Below, in pieces: positions 38,207 through 51,117 of a DNA stretch of 64,000 nucleotides; position 1 is the stretch's first letter, and every line of letters starts with the position of its first letter. The notes under the pieces were generated by a model. That model searched no databases and was not told the DNA's origin. It saw nothing but the letters and a program-made list of their open reading frames with translations. The translations under genes and the position numbers were made by a program. Source of the stretch: an uncultured Planctomycetia bacterium (GTDB lineage Bacteria > Omnitrophota > Gorgyraeia > Taenaricolales > CAZCCH01); contig CAZCCH010000001.1 of assembly GCA_964497315.1 (NCBI GenBank), positions 56,106 to 120,105 of the forward strand, in the 5' to 3' direction.

Positions 38207-38761
38207 TTAAATGCTGTGTGCTACTACCTCGGATAAAACAACTATATCTTCTGTACAGAAAATATCTTTTATATTCTCATCAAAAAGCACATTTGCCTCA
38301 GGACCAAACTCTTCATCACCGCGCCACAATTCAATAAGCAATGTCACATTCTTAAAAACCTCAAGTGCAACACTAAAATCTGCCGCCTGCACCCTCTTGG
38401 CCTTAAACCGCTCTGTCAATTTAAAAATCGCTTCTGGCTTTGCGCCATATTTTCTTGCTATAACATCAATAACGCGTTTTTTAAATACCGAATAATATGG
38501 CTGAGCACCACTTTCTAATTGCTTAAAGGAAATCCAGTTTTCCTTTAATGCTGGTAAGCCTTTAATCTTTTGTGTAAGATAATGCAATATCAGAATGCTT
38601 ATATGCGGCGTAGCAGGTGCGCTGCAGGATAAAGATAGAACGCGCTTATTTTCTAAATCAATACTGTATTCATCTGCTAGGAGTCTTACAGAAAACTTCT
38701 TTTCTTCTGTCAAGCTTGAAATATCTAACCATGCTTTTTCTGAAGCAGCACCGTATTCCAT
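38207..38761 (-). CDS. Hypothetical cytoplasmic protein
   Basis: 184 aa with no recognisable motif. Its start abuts the thioesterase gene stop, so it is in the same operon. Confidence 0.35.
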   Translation of the reverse strand: MEYGAASEKAWLDISSLTEEKKFSVRLLADEYSIDLENKRVLSLSCSAPATPHISILILHYLTQKIKGLPALKENWISFKQLESGAQPYYSVFKKRVIDVIARKYGAKPEAIFKLTERFKAKRVQAADFSVALEVFKNVTLLIELWRGDEEFGPEANVLFDENIKDIFCTEDIVVLSEVVAHSI

Positions 38762-38770
38762 AATAAACCC

Positions 38771-39568
38771 TTATTCCCCAAAGGGTAGTATTTTTTTAAG
38801 GCTCTCAGCTGCATCTTCGGCAGCATCCTTTGCCTTTTCACCTAATTCCCCACCGATCTCCAATGCATCGCCAGAACCCTCTATGGCTAATTTTCTTGCT
38901 GCACTCAATGCCTCAGAGGTCTGCTTCTTTAATGGTCCAAGATCAAAATCTGTGAGTCTTGCCACAGCAGTCTTTAGGAGTGCTTTTGTTATAATTAAGC
39001 TAGCCAGGGCACTTGGATCGGTTATATTCTCATATCGTTCATCAATATCAACTTCATATTCTGTAATCTTAGGTGGTATTCCTTGCGAGTAATCTTTATA
39101 AATAACTTTTCCTATTTTTAACTCCAGCACATCTATCTGAAAATCTGGTTTTTTCTTAGGCTTTTCCTTAGAAGGCTTATTTTTTTTCCCCTCTTTTGCT
39201 ACTTTAAGTGAATCGAGATTCACCTCTCCTTTTTCATTCTTTACTACAGTGAATTCCTTAAGGTTTATGCGTACCTTTTCAAGGTGTACTTTTCTTTTTA
39301 AAAACGCGCCTAAATCATAATCTACATAAATCTCAGGCATATCTACCATTAATTTATCCTTAAAACCTGGGGGGTTGTATAATCTTAAGCCTTTTATACC
39401 AATTAAAGTCCTGACTATACTAACATTCATGTCTCTCATGTTTAGTTTAAGCCCGGTCATGGTCCTAACCCCAGCTGAAACAACACCCCTGGCGACTGTA
39501 TTTTTAATAAAGGAAAATACAAATAATACAACTAAAAAAAGAGCAACTAGCTTAAAGATTTTTTTCAT
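38771..39568 (-). CDS. Hypothetical signal-anchored or secreted protein with a lysine-rich linker
   Basis: 265 aa. N-terminal hydrophobic segment LVALFLVVLFVFSFI, a central KEGKKNKPSKEKPKKKPD linker and an acidic C-terminus. Confidence 0.35.
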   Translation of the reverse strand: MKKIFKLVALFLVVLFVFSFIKNTVARGVVSAGVRTMTGLKLNMRDMNVSIVRTLIGIKGLRLYNPPGFKDKLMVDMPEIYVDYDLGAFLKRKVHLEKVRINLKEFTVVKNEKGEVNLDSLKVAKEGKKNKPSKEKPKKKPDFQIDVLELKIGKVIYKDYSQGIPPKITEYEVDIDERYENITDPSALASLIITKALLKTAVARLTDFDLGPLKKQTSEALSAARKLAIEGSGDALEIGGELGEKAKDAAEDAAESLKKILPFGE

Positions 39569-39582
39569 TTTATCCTTCTTTT

Positions 39583-40236
39583 TTATTCTGCGTAATAATC
39601 AAAATAAAAATCTCTGTTTACAACAAACCAATCAAGTACTAGTTCTACAAAAATTGCAGCCACAATAAATATAGCAAAGGTCCCACTGAAATTCTTGTTT
39701 AGTATCTTTGTGGCCATTACAGCAAGGGAAACTAAGAGAATATCAATATAATTTGCATAAACCCAGTTGCTAAATAGTTCTCTTGGCTGGAATTTACCAT
39801 TAGCCCATTTGGGGTTTTCTTTTATTTGGTAATTAAGATAACTCTTATTGTACCATTGGTCAATAACTAGAAAGACTAAGAATGCCCCCAAAAATGCATA
39901 GAAATGTACAATTGATATGCATAGTGCATAACCAGAATATAAATATAATTCTTCTCGAAGCTGTTCTATAGATTTTTCAGTATCTGTCTGCTTTTTTTCC
40001 TGGTGGCTGTAGAACTTTTTCATCCTTGGTTCTAATAAATGATATTTAATGCGTAGTAAGGCGCAAAATATAAACAAACATACTGAAATCCCTAAGTTGA
40101 AAGGTTGTCCTAAAATTGAAAAATTATTTGGATGCGCTGATGCAAAAAGTGCAGCAAATAATGCAAGCATTGATGCAATATAAATATTGTTTTCCTTTTT
40201 AAACCATTCCAAACTTACAGAGTCTCCTTTTGGCAT
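39583..40236 (-). CDS. Hypothetical polytopic membrane protein
   Basis: 217 aa with about 5 predicted TM helices. It overlaps the upstream NYN gene by 22 nt. Confidence 0.35.
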   Translation of the reverse strand: MPKGDSVSLEWFKKENNIYIASMLALFAALFASAHPNNFSILGQPFNLGISVCLFIFCALLRIKYHLLEPRMKKFYSHQEKKQTDTEKSIEQLREELYLYSGYALCISIVHFYAFLGAFLVFLVIDQWYNKSYLNYQIKENPKWANGKFQPRELFSNWVYANYIDILLVSLAVMATKILNKNFSGTFAIFIVAAIFVELVLDWFVVNRDFYFDYYAE

Positions 40237-40622
40237 TTGCCCCTCCTTGTTTTTACCAAATCCTGCGGCCTTAAAAGGCTTGCAGAATACGCCCGTGCGC
40301 TGTTGCGCACATAATTATCATCTGAGACAACCACTAGGTTGCCTTTATCAGAAAATCTTCTCATTAATTCTACTATCTTCTTATCTCCTTTACCTGTATC
40401 AGAAAATACATGTTCTTTTGGCTTGGGGATACCTAAGCCCCTGTATTGGTTTTGGCCATCAAAGACTACATAAACTTCTCCTACTCCACCTTTTTTTCTT
40501 TTGTATTCATTGGCCAGGTCGGTAACAGCGTCTCTTGCCTCCTGCAAGCTACTATCTGAAATATCAGATAAATAGTCAATTCTATTTATAGCATTATATC
40601 CATCTACTATTAGTATTTTCAT
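40215..40622 (-). CDS. NYN-domain ribonuclease, YacP/Rae1-like
   Basis: 135 aa. MKILIVDGYNAIN with acidic residues typical of the YacP-like NYN (PIN-related) fold. Confidence 0.6.
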   Translation of the reverse strand: MKILIVDGYNAINRIDYLSDISDSSLQEARDAVTDLANEYKRKKGGVGEVYVVFDGQNQYRGLGIPKPKEHVFSDTGKGDKKIVELMRRFSDKGNLVVVSDDNYVRNSARAYSASLLRPQDLVKTRRGKCQKETL

Positions 40623-40670
40623 AGTTTATGTTATATCACCTTTCAATATAAAAAACAAGGATTTTTGATG

Positions 40671-43600
40671 TTAGACAAAGGAATCAACTATTTTTTGATG
40701 GGAATGTTCAAGGAGATCCAATAGTTCTTCGGATGGTTTAATGACTGGGTGAAAGAGAAAGCGCCGCAAGAGGGACTTTGCCACCTCAGGAGGAAAGCTA
40801 GATATGTTTAATAGGTTTATAACATCGGCTGTTTCTACTTTTATATCAAGCGCTTGAAACTGTGCAACTATTCCTGCAAGGGGCACTGCCGCATCACCGT
40901 CTTTATGCCTAATAAGTGCTTCTGCCAAAATACAATATTCTCCAACAGGTAAATATTGCAAACTATCTGTATCCGGACTTAAACTTATAGGAAGTGGAAT
41001 TGCGCCACTTTCTAAGAGTCTTTCATCAATTGTTCCTACATTAAAACCATTAACGCCTGTTATAACAACGGTTCTGTCTGTAATTTTATTAAGATTAAAA
41101 GGCTCTATTCTAAATCCATTAATTTTAAACCATGTAGTTATCTCATCAATCTTTTCTTTAAGCTTTAGGTGTTTGTAAAACCTGAGACCTTTTTGGTCAA
41201 TCATAACACTTGCCCCTAACTGAATGCGTTCTTTTGTTTCAAGGGGTTCTGGAATCTTACTATAAAAACCATCAAGGGTTTTAGTGGTGAATCTGTCTGT
41301 TTGAGATATACGCATAATTTCTTTGCCATCCGGTAAGCTAATAAGCACATGTTCTCTTTTATCATCTTCTGTAAATCTGCTCGCACTAGGTGACAAAGAT
41401 AAAAACCCATCATCATCTCTTTGCTCCAACACCTCTGAAAGGACCCTCCATTGAGCTGAGCTTTCAAATATTGGTTTTGTGGAATCATGACCTGCTACAT
41501 AAGTAATTTCTACATGTTGGGCTGGTATCTCACCGAGCATTTCAAGCTCATCTATCAAATCGCCATCTTTTAATATAACCTTTCCTTTTCTAGCTAATAT
41601 TGCTAAATCTGAAATTTTTATTCTATATCCTGCAGGTGTTGTAAATAATTGTTCAGGTACCTCAGCTGTACCTAAAGCCTTTAGCCTCCGTCTAAAACTA
41701 TGACGCGTATCTTCATCTTGCAGGGCCTTCCTCGCATAACTTGTCCACATAGGTGCTATAGAAAAACTCCTTCCTCTCCTGCCAGTTTTGGGATAACCAT
41801 AGTTAAAATTATTATCTTTGTTTATAGATATTTCTTGAGCAAGGACAAAGATTGAGCCGTGGTAAACATATCCATCGCCCCTGGTCATTAAATCCCATAG
41901 CTTGCCTATAATTGCCCAATCATCAGCCTTTATAAGTGCTGACTCGGGTATATCCAAGTGTTCAATAAGGCAATTTTTAAACTCTTTCTGTCTATCTAGA
42001 AAACTAATGCGCAAATCTTTGTTTTTTGGGTTAAAAACAAGACCACTGGCTTCTTTGGATAAATTCAGGCAACTATGAACTTTTCTATATGCCTCTTCAT
42101 AATCGCCTGCGGTTAAATCTTGTTTGATTTTAGCAATAAGGGAAGCTAAGGAAGCAATGATGAGTTCTAATTTTTCTCTTGGGTCTGATTGTGAGGAGTT
42201 TTCAGAAAATCTTGCAGCTATTTCTTCTACAAAACCTTCATTTTCTTTCTTATTATGGTCAATCTTGATTAAATCTATCCTTCTCGTCATGACTCCAGGA
42301 GCTACGGGAATAGATTTTTTTGCATGGTCGTATGGAAATGAATTGATCCTAATAGCATCTAAAACTGCAGGCCCTTCATCAGTTGGCGTACCGGCAAGTT
42401 CTTTGGTAGAATCTTCCGCAAAGCGGGCGGTGTGGCTAAATTCTGGGATATTGTCAAACCTGAGTGACTTCCATTTATGGGGTGCCTCAGCCCATTTATC
42501 ATATGCAGAGCGCAGTAATCCTGCCCTGGTTGCGTATTTACCCTGTGCTGGAACAAATAATACGCGACAGATTACCTTTATGTTTACATCACCGTCTTTT
42601 ACTTTAGTAATCTCAAGAAGATCTCCGCTTTCAGGTATGCCTACCGGCATAACCATCTTGCCACCAGGGACAAGCTGGTCCACTAACTCTTTAGGTACGC
42701 TCTTAAACATGGCAGCGCATAATATCTTATTAAAGCGCCTACCGGGAAGGCCAAGTGCGCCATCTCCTGCACGGAAAGTAACATTCTTATAGCCACCGGT
42801 AACTGTGACTGCCTCTATTGCTCGCGGCAGAAGCACATCTCTTGATTCTATCGTATGCACATGGCCTCTCGAGGCAAGCTCTGCAAGAAGCGCTGTTACA
42901 TAACCGCTACCAGTACCAACCTCAAGGATTGCGTCTGTGGGTTGAATTCCTAAATGTTGTAACATCGAAGTTGTAAGTGCTGGGTCGGAATTAGTCTGGC
43001 CTGCGCCTATATCGATAATCACCGGATCGTAACATTCCTCCCGCACAGATACAGGAACAAACCAATGGCGTTTAACCTGTCTAAATGCAGCAAGGATACT
43101 ATCGTCTATGCCGCCTGTAACACCATAGGTCTGTTGAGCCTCCAGCTGTAACTTCGCAGAGAATGGATCGAATATAGGCGGTTCGACTTCCTGTCTCTTG
43201 GTACCAAAATTCTCCAATGGTTCAACACCAATTACCCCTGAGGGGTTCCCTTCGACCAGCAAAAGGTCGTATAAAGTATTGGCATGGGTAGTAACGTATT
43301 CACGTAGATCTGCTGTAGTCAAGGCCTCCTCATCGTGCACCCAGCAGAATTGATCACTTTCATAAGCGTCGATTTTACTTAGTATGCGGCCGATGTGTTC
43401 AGGATGCCCTTCCGCAAACCGGCCGGTGGATTTGGGAAGGCGTGTCTGGTCTATCAGCGAGGCTACTGTAACGGTTTTTGTGAGTCTTCGGGGCGGGGGT
43501 TTTCTTTCTGGACTACGCCTGTCTCTTTGTCTTTTCTGTCTTCTCTGTTTCTTTGGTCTTTTCTTTTTCTCCTGTTTTATTCTGTCCCGCATCTGGTTCA

Positions 43601-44588
43601 TCCAATGCGTGTGTTTTTTTATTGACTCTTTACTGACTTCTGGATTTGTTACATAAAGACCATTTTTGTCAAAATAGCGCATAATCTCATCTAGTAGCTC
43701 TGGACTAATTTCCCCATTCCTTCTGAACTGTTCAAAATCTCTCTTAAGCTTTTCAAGTCTTTCTTGGAATTTTCTAAGTTTTTCGTTAAAGATCTTCGTT
43801 TCCATCCTCTCTACAAGTATGCTTTCCTTTATTGCTTTTTGTCTTGCTGTATTAGCAGATATTTCTGAAGCTGCCTTGAAGCTAAGGTGAACAACAACTG
43901 TTACCAGGATGCCAACAACAAAAATAGCAAGTACAGGCCCTAGCCTAACCCTGCCTTCAACCTCCGTACCTTCAGCAAAGCGGTTGGATTTGGATGATTT
44001 GCTGTCTTTAGCTCGTCCAACTCTTGTTTTAGGATCTTGAAAATACCTGCGTATAGCTACTACTTGAGGCCACGTAAATCTTTTTGCACCTCGCGATCCT
44101 CTAATTGCAGCATCTGATATATCATCGCGCCCTATTGCCCTTCTGATGTCATCGGGCACAACATCTCCTCCTATCATATCTGCTATTTCTTGCGTGGAAT
44201 ATAACTTTTGCTTTTTGGCGGGTGACGTCTTCTTCCAAACAAATACATTTCTTGTACCATCGAAACAGTCAAGCTCAAAACCAAACTTGCGCAAATGGGC
44301 ACGCACTACATCAGCATCAAGCCCAAGTGCAGGGCTTTCTGGATGGAAATCAAAAGTTGAAGAAACGGATAAAAGCGCATCTAATTTTTGCTCTTTTTCC
44401 TTTGTTGCGCTCTCGGCAAAAGAAGAAATCACATCAGCCAAAGTTCTGGTATTTCTTGTTTTGGGTGCACGGTAGGTATGCTTGGAGAGGCGGGATGAGG
44501 CGGCCAGGGCATAATCCGACCCTATGACCGAAATTGTGAAGGTCAAAAGCAGAGTTATTGCTATTGTCTTAATAAGGGAAGATTTCAT
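40671..44588 (-). CDS. Giant (1305 aa) signal-peptide + single-TM protein containing a protein-L-isoaspartate (D-aspartate) O-methyltransferase (PIMT/PCMT) domain, a highly basic linker and a ~600-aa C-terminal region of unknown family
   Basis: Signal peptide MKSSLIKTIAITLLLTFTISVIGSDYALA. TM helix LGPVLAIFVVGILVTVVVHLSF (~nt 43890..43950). Coiled-coil region, then the basic tract KKKRPKKQRRQKRQRDRRSPERKPPPRR (~43495..43590). PIMT core with AdoMet motif I ILEVGTGSGYVTALLAEL (~42880..42935) and downstream motifs (KILCAA, GGKMVMPVG). The C-terminal ~620 aa show no recognisable motif. Confidence 0.6.
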   Translation of the reverse strand: MKSSLIKTIAITLLLTFTISVIGSDYALAASSRLSKHTYRAPKTRNTRTLADVISSFAESATKEKEQKLDALLSVSSTFDFHPESPALGLDADVVRAHLRKFGFELDCFDGTRNVFVWKKTSPAKKQKLYSTQEIADMIGGDVVPDDIRRAIGRDDISDAAIRGSRGAKRFTWPQVVAIRRYFQDPKTRVGRAKDSKSSKSNRFAEGTEVEGRVRLGPVLAIFVVGILVTVVVHLSFKAASEISANTARQKAIKESILVERMETKIFNEKLRKFQERLEKLKRDFEQFRRNGEISPELLDEIMRYFDKNGLYVTNPEVSKESIKKHTHWMNQMRDRIKQEKKKRPKKQRRQKRQRDRRSPERKPPPRRLTKTVTVASLIDQTRLPKSTGRFAEGHPEHIGRILSKIDAYESDQFCWVHDEEALTTADLREYVTTHANTLYDLLLVEGNPSGVIGVEPLENFGTKRQEVEPPIFDPFSAKLQLEAQQTYGVTGGIDDSILAAFRQVKRHWFVPVSVREECYDPVIIDIGAGQTNSDPALTTSMLQHLGIQPTDAILEVGTGSGYVTALLAELASRGHVHTIESRDVLLPRAIEAVTVTGGYKNVTFRAGDGALGLPGRRFNKILCAAMFKSVPKELVDQLVPGGKMVMPVGIPESGDLLEITKVKDGDVNIKVICRVLFVPAQGKYATRAGLLRSAYDKWAEAPHKWKSLRFDNIPEFSHTARFAEDSTKELAGTPTDEGPAVLDAIRINSFPYDHAKKSIPVAPGVMTRRIDLIKIDHNKKENEGFVEEIAARFSENSSQSDPREKLELIIASLASLIAKIKQDLTAGDYEEAYRKVHSCLNLSKEASGLVFNPKNKDLRISFLDRQKEFKNCLIEHLDIPESALIKADDWAIIGKLWDLMTRGDGYVYHGSIFVLAQEISINKDNNFNYGYPKTGRRGRSFSIAPMWTSYARKALQDEDTRHSFRRRLKALGTAEVPEQLFTTPAGYRIKISDLAILARKGKVILKDGDLIDELEMLGEIPAQHVEITYVAGHDSTKPIFESSAQWRVLSEVLEQRDDDGFLSLSPSASRFTEDDKREHVLISLPDGKEIMRISQTDRFTTKTLDGFYSKIPEPLETKERIQLGASVMIDQKGLRFYKHLKLKEKIDEITTWFKINGFRIEPFNLNKITDRTVVITGVNGFNVGTIDERLLESGAIPLPISLSPDTDSLQYLPVGEYCILAEALIRHKDGDAAVPLAGIVAQFQALDIKVETADVINLLNISSFPPEVAKSLLRRFLFHPVIKPSEELLDLLEHSHQKIVDSFV

Positions 44589-44810
44589 TATAATGAGATA
44601 AATAGCCTTTGTCGATTATATTTCGCATATAGTTTATTATGATTATATCATATATGTAATGGGAAATCAAGGAAAAATAACTTACTTTTTTATTTCCTAA
44701 TTTCTATGATAGCCTATTTAACTTATTGTAATATAAGGAGTTATAGAAAATAATGGGTGGGTTAAAAGGATAGTGGTCTGGTTGCGACGAAATCAAAAGA
44801 GCGTTTCAAC

Positions 44811-44888
44811 TGGCGGGGGCGACGGGGCTCGAACCCGCGACCTCGAGATCGACAATCTCGCATTCTATCCAAACTGAACTACGCCCCC
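44811..44888 (-). tRNA. tRNA-Asp (anticodon GTC)
   Basis: The reverse complement reads GGGGGCGTAGTTCAGTTTGGATAGAATGCGAGATTGTCGATCTCGAGGTCGCGGGTTCGAGCCCCGTCGCCCCCGCCA. Anticodon loop TTGTCGA. It is closely similar to E. coli tRNA-Asp and has an encoded CCA. Confidence 0.85.
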
Positions 44889-44940
44889 GCTACAGGTTTT
44901 ATACTTATACCTTAAATTAAAGAATTTTGCAAGAAAAAAA

Positions 44941-45017
44941 TGGTGGGCGATGCAGGACTTGAACCTGCGACCTTCTGAATGTAAATCAGACGTTCTAGCC
45001 AACTGAACTAACCGCCC
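44941..45017 (-). tRNA. tRNA-Val (anticodon TAC)
   Basis: The reverse complement reads GGGCGGTTAGTTCAGTTGGCTAGAACGTCTGATTTACATTCAGAAGGTCGCAGGTTCAAGTCCTGCATCGCCCACCA. Anticodon loop TTTACAT; encoded CCA. Confidence 0.85.
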
Positions 45018-45060
45018 AGGTGAAACGTTAATATATCACAAAGATCTGTTTTTTTCAAGA

Positions 45061-47305
<2,245 letters not shown>

Positions 47306-47306
<1 letters not shown>

Positions 47307-48817
47307 TATTTTGCAATAAACTTTTTCTTAAATTCATCTAAGGCTGACCTTATTCTCTCTCTTAACTCATCGGAAATGCGGCCCTTATGCTCTATTTCAT
47401 CAAGCAGTTTAATGTGTTCCTCGCGCATAAATGAAAGCGCTTCTGTTTCAAAGCGCTTTATATCTGAAACCGCAACTTCATCAACAACGCCTTCTGTACC
47501 TAAAAATATGCTCAATACCTGTTCTGCCATCCTCATTGGTGTGTATTGATCTTGCTTTAATATCTCGACAAGTCTCTTTCCACGCTCAAGCTGCTGAATG
47601 GTTGCCTTATCGAGTTCTGTGCCAAATTGTGCAAAGGCCTCTAGCTCTCTAAATTGTGCAAGTTCTAACCTCAAGCGACCTGCGACTTGTTTCATTGCCG
47701 GGATTTGGGCATTTCCACCAACCCTTGAAACACTCAATCCTACATTTATGGCAGGCTTTACCCCCTGATGGAAAAGATTTGTACCTAAGTATATCTGTCC
47801 GTCGGTAATTGATATAACATTTGTTGGAATATATGTTGAAACATCCCCCGCCTGGGTTTCTATTATAGGCAGCGCTGTTAATGAGCCACCACCTTGTTCT
47901 TCGCTGTATTTACACGCACGCTCTAAGAGTCTTGAATGGCAATAAAAAATATCTCCGGGGTATGCCTCTCTTCCAGGTGGACGTCTTAATAAGAGCGAAA
48001 GCTCTCTATATGCATTCGCATGTTTTGTTAAATCATCGTAAATTATTAAAACATGCTTTCCTTTGTCTCTAAAGTATTCTCCAATAGCACAGCCTGCATA
48101 GGGTACCAAATACTGCAATGGTGTTGGGTCACTAGCACATGCACTTACCACAATTGTGTAATCCATCGCCTTATTTCTTCTTAAGACATCTGCCACAGAA
48201 GCAACAGATGAGCTTTTCTGACCAATCGCAACATATATACAGATAACATCTTTGCCTTTTTGGTTTATAATTGCATCTATTGCTATTGCAGTCTTACCGG
48301 TCTGCCTATCACCAATTATTAACTCCCTCTGACCTTTTCCTATTGGGATCATCGAATCAATTGCCTTAATGCCTGTCTGAAGGGGCTCTTTTACAGGCTG
48401 GCGCTTTACAACGCCAGGGGCTATCTTTTCAATGTGCTCGCTTTTTTTGGCCTTTATAGCACCTTTGCCATCTATTGGCTGACCAAGTGCATTTACCACT
48501 CGACCTATTAATTCTTCTCCTGTTTGTATCTGTGCAATTTTTCCGGTAAGCCTTACTTCATCGCCTTCTTTTATATCTTTATCTTCACCAAAGATACATG
48601 CACCAACGATATCTTCTTCTAGATTTAATACCATACCGTATATATTATTAGGAAAAAGCAAAAGTTCACTTGCCATGGCATCATCCAAGCCAAATATCTT
48701 TGCTATGCCATCTCCTACTTCTATAACAGTTCCAATGGTAGCAGTATCCATGCGTGTTTTAAAAGACTCTATTTGCTTTTTGATTATCTGGCTTATCTCA
48801 TCAGGCTTTATCTTCAT
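47306..48817 (-). CDS. atpA: F0F1 ATP synthase alpha subunit
   Basis: 503 aa. Walker [10 protein letters not shown]. Confidence 0.95.
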
Positions 48818-48821
48818 TTTT

Positions 48822-49376
48822 TTAACCTTTGATTTTTTCTTTAAGTCTGTTTAGTTTTAACTCAAGCGTTCCATCCAAAATAGTATCCCCTATTTTTATA
48901 TACATACCACCTAAAATAGTTTTATCGTGTAACTCTTCAAGCAAAATATTTTTATTAAGCCTATTCTTCAACGCCTCTTTCAACTTTCGCCTTTGTTGAT
49001 CGCTAAGACTAACGGCTGTCTTAACAAATACCTTCTGCTGTCTCTTTTTAGCATCGTACAAATCTCTAAATCTTAAAAATACACCACGCAAAATTGCTAT
49101 TCTTTGCTTTATAAGCAAAACTTTCAAAAAGTTAAAAAACTCATCGCAAAATTTTAATTTTTCAGAAATATTTGAAAGTAGCTCAAGCTTTGCTGATATT
49201 TCTATTTCAGGATGAAAGAGGAACTTCTTCAAATCTTTATCCTGTTTGACGGCTAAAGCGAGTTCGGTAATATTTTCAAAGACCTTATCAAGCACATTAG
49301 CGTTTTCTGCTACTGCAATTAAGGCCTTGGCATATCTTTCATGTAAAATCTTTGCAGTCCCATCGCTATGATGCAT
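48822..49376 (-). CDS. atpH: F0F1 ATP synthase delta (OSCP) subunit
   Basis: 184 aa, OSCP-like. Between atpF and atpA. Confidence 0.8.
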   Translation of the reverse strand: MHHSDGTAKILHERYAKALIAVAENANVLDKVFENITELALAVKQDKDLKKFLFHPEIEISAKLELLSNISEKLKFCDEFFNFLKVLLIKQRIAILRGVFLRFRDLYDAKKRQQKVFVKTAVSLSDQQRRKLKEALKNRLNKNILLEELHDKTILGGMYIKIGDTILDGTLELKLNRLKEKIKG

Positions 49377-49848
49377 TTTGTATTTCCTTTATGCAATCAT
49401 CTATCAACGCCTGGTGTTCCCCTGGGCTAACTTCTCTGTTTAAAATCTTTTTAGTAACTGCAATGGAAACTTCCGTTATCTGTCTTTTTAATTCCTTTTG
49501 AAGGTTTTTAAATTCCTTCTGGCTATCTAGTTTGGCTATCTCTATGAAACTAGCGGCTTGCTGTTTTGCTTCTTTTATAATCTTTAGCCTTTCCGCATCA
49601 GAAACCTTGCGCATTTCTTCTTTTATCTCTAAAGCTTCTTTTTTTGCTGTATTGAGGGCTTGCTGAGTTTTTTCAGCAGCCTTTTGTGCCTCCTCTTGGG
49701 CTGTTTGGGCATTCTCTAGCATACTAGCAACAGAATCTTTCCTTTCATCCAACATCTTTATGAGGGGTTTGTACAAAAACTTAGTCATGAGCCCTAAAAG
49801 AATAAGGAAGCTTAAAATCTGTAGGATTAGTGTAAAATTTAAATTCAT
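49366..49848 (-). CDS. atpF: F0F1 ATP synthase subunit b
   Basis: 160 aa. N-terminal TM then a long charged coiled coil. Confidence 0.8.
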   Translation of the reverse strand: MNLNFTLILQILSFLILLGLMTKFLYKPLIKMLDERKDSVASMLENAQTAQEEAQKAAEKTQQALNTAKKEALEIKEEMRKVSDAERLKIIKEAKQQAASFIEIAKLDSQKEFKNLQKELKRQITEVSIAVTKKILNREVSPGEHQALIDDCIKEIQNAS

Positions 49849-49866
49849 TTAACACACCTATTTTTA

Positions 49867-50133
<267 letters not shown>

Positions 50134-50142
50134 TTACCTCCT

Positions 50143-50868
50143 TTAGTCTCTTGCAACCGCAATATATGTTAGTGCCAACATACTGAAAACAAATGCCTGA
50201 ACCAAACCTACAAATAAACCAAAAAACCCTTGCAGGACTATCATGAGTCCCATCACCCCTGGTGCTAAAAACCACTTAGGGATAGATAGGATACCTGCAA
50301 TCTTAAATACAATGGGTACTGCCAAAGCAAGTATTATCCCACCGCCAAAGATATTTCCAAAAAGCCTAAAGGAATGGGATACCACTTTACCCACTTCACC
50401 AATTACATTAATTGGGAATAAAAAGAAAAATGGTTTAAAGTAATCCTTGATGTAATTAATTAAACCCTTATGCATCACTGCGGATATGTGCACTATAAAA
50501 AACACTAAAAGGCCAAATCCCAAGCAGGTATTTAAATCAGATGTAGGTGGATCTACATTAGGGATTGCACCAAGCCAATTAGAGATCAAAATAAACAAAA
50601 ACAACGTCATGACAAGCGGGAAGAATTTCTTCCAATCCTCGCCAAGTGCTTCTTTGCAGATATGGATAAAATATCCCACCAGCGTTTCAGTGGCAATCTG
50701 TATCCTGCTGGGGATAAGTTTTATCCTTGTCTTTATAAAAATAGAAAAAACAATAAGGGATATTATTATCCCCCAGGTAAAAATTAATGTAGTCGGATTT
50801 ATGGTTAGGGTAAAATCTAATCCTGGTATGTTAAAAGAAATTGTTTCTATCTGGCCTATATCATTCAT
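50143..50868 (-). CDS. atpB: F0F1 ATP synthase subunit a
   Basis: 241 aa polytopic protein with the conserved Arg region FRLFGNIFGG. Confidence 0.85.
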   Translation of the reverse strand: MNDIGQIETISFNIPGLDFTLTINPTTLIFTWGIIISLIVFSIFIKTRIKLIPSRIQIATETLVGYFIHICKEALGEDWKKFFPLVMTLFLFILISNWLGAIPNVDPPTSDLNTCLGFGLLVFFIVHISAVMHKGLINYIKDYFKPFFFLFPINVIGEVGKVVSHSFRLFGNIFGGGIILALAVPIVFKIAGILSIPKWFLAPGVMGLMIVLQGFFGLFVGLVQAFVFSMLALTYIAVARD

Positions 50869-50871
50869 AGT

Positions 50872-51117
50872 TTACTCTATGCCAAAAAGAAGTAAAACGG
50901 CTACTACCAAAGAATATATAGCAGTAGATTCTGTTATGGCCATAGCGATAAGCATGGTCTTCATTATTTGACCTGAAGCTTTAGGCCTATCGGTCATTGC
51001 CTCAGTACCTCTCATGCCACAAAGACCAATGCCCATTGCAGGGCCTATCGCACCAAATCCCATGCATAACCCTGCGCCTATAAAAGTAACCATTTTAAGT
51101 ACTTCTTGCGCATCCAT
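50872..51117 (-). CDS. Second ATP synthase c-subunit paralog, upstream of atpB
   Basis: 81 aa. GAGLCMGFGAIGPAMGIG ... IAMAITESTAIYSLVVAVLLLFG is a c-subunit hairpin with the ESTxxY motif. It is a distinct sequence from atpE at 49867. Confidence 0.75.
   Translation of the reverse strand: MDAQEVLKMVTFIGAGLCMGFGAIGPAMGIGLCGMRGTEAMTDRPKASGQIMKTMLIAMAITESTAIYSLVVAVLLLFGIE

Noticed and set aside
42124-42792. 222-aa plus-strand ORF inside the giant PIMT gene
   Set aside because: It is antisense to the PIMT core coding region, which has clear AdoMet motifs on the minus strand. It is a spurious ORF.
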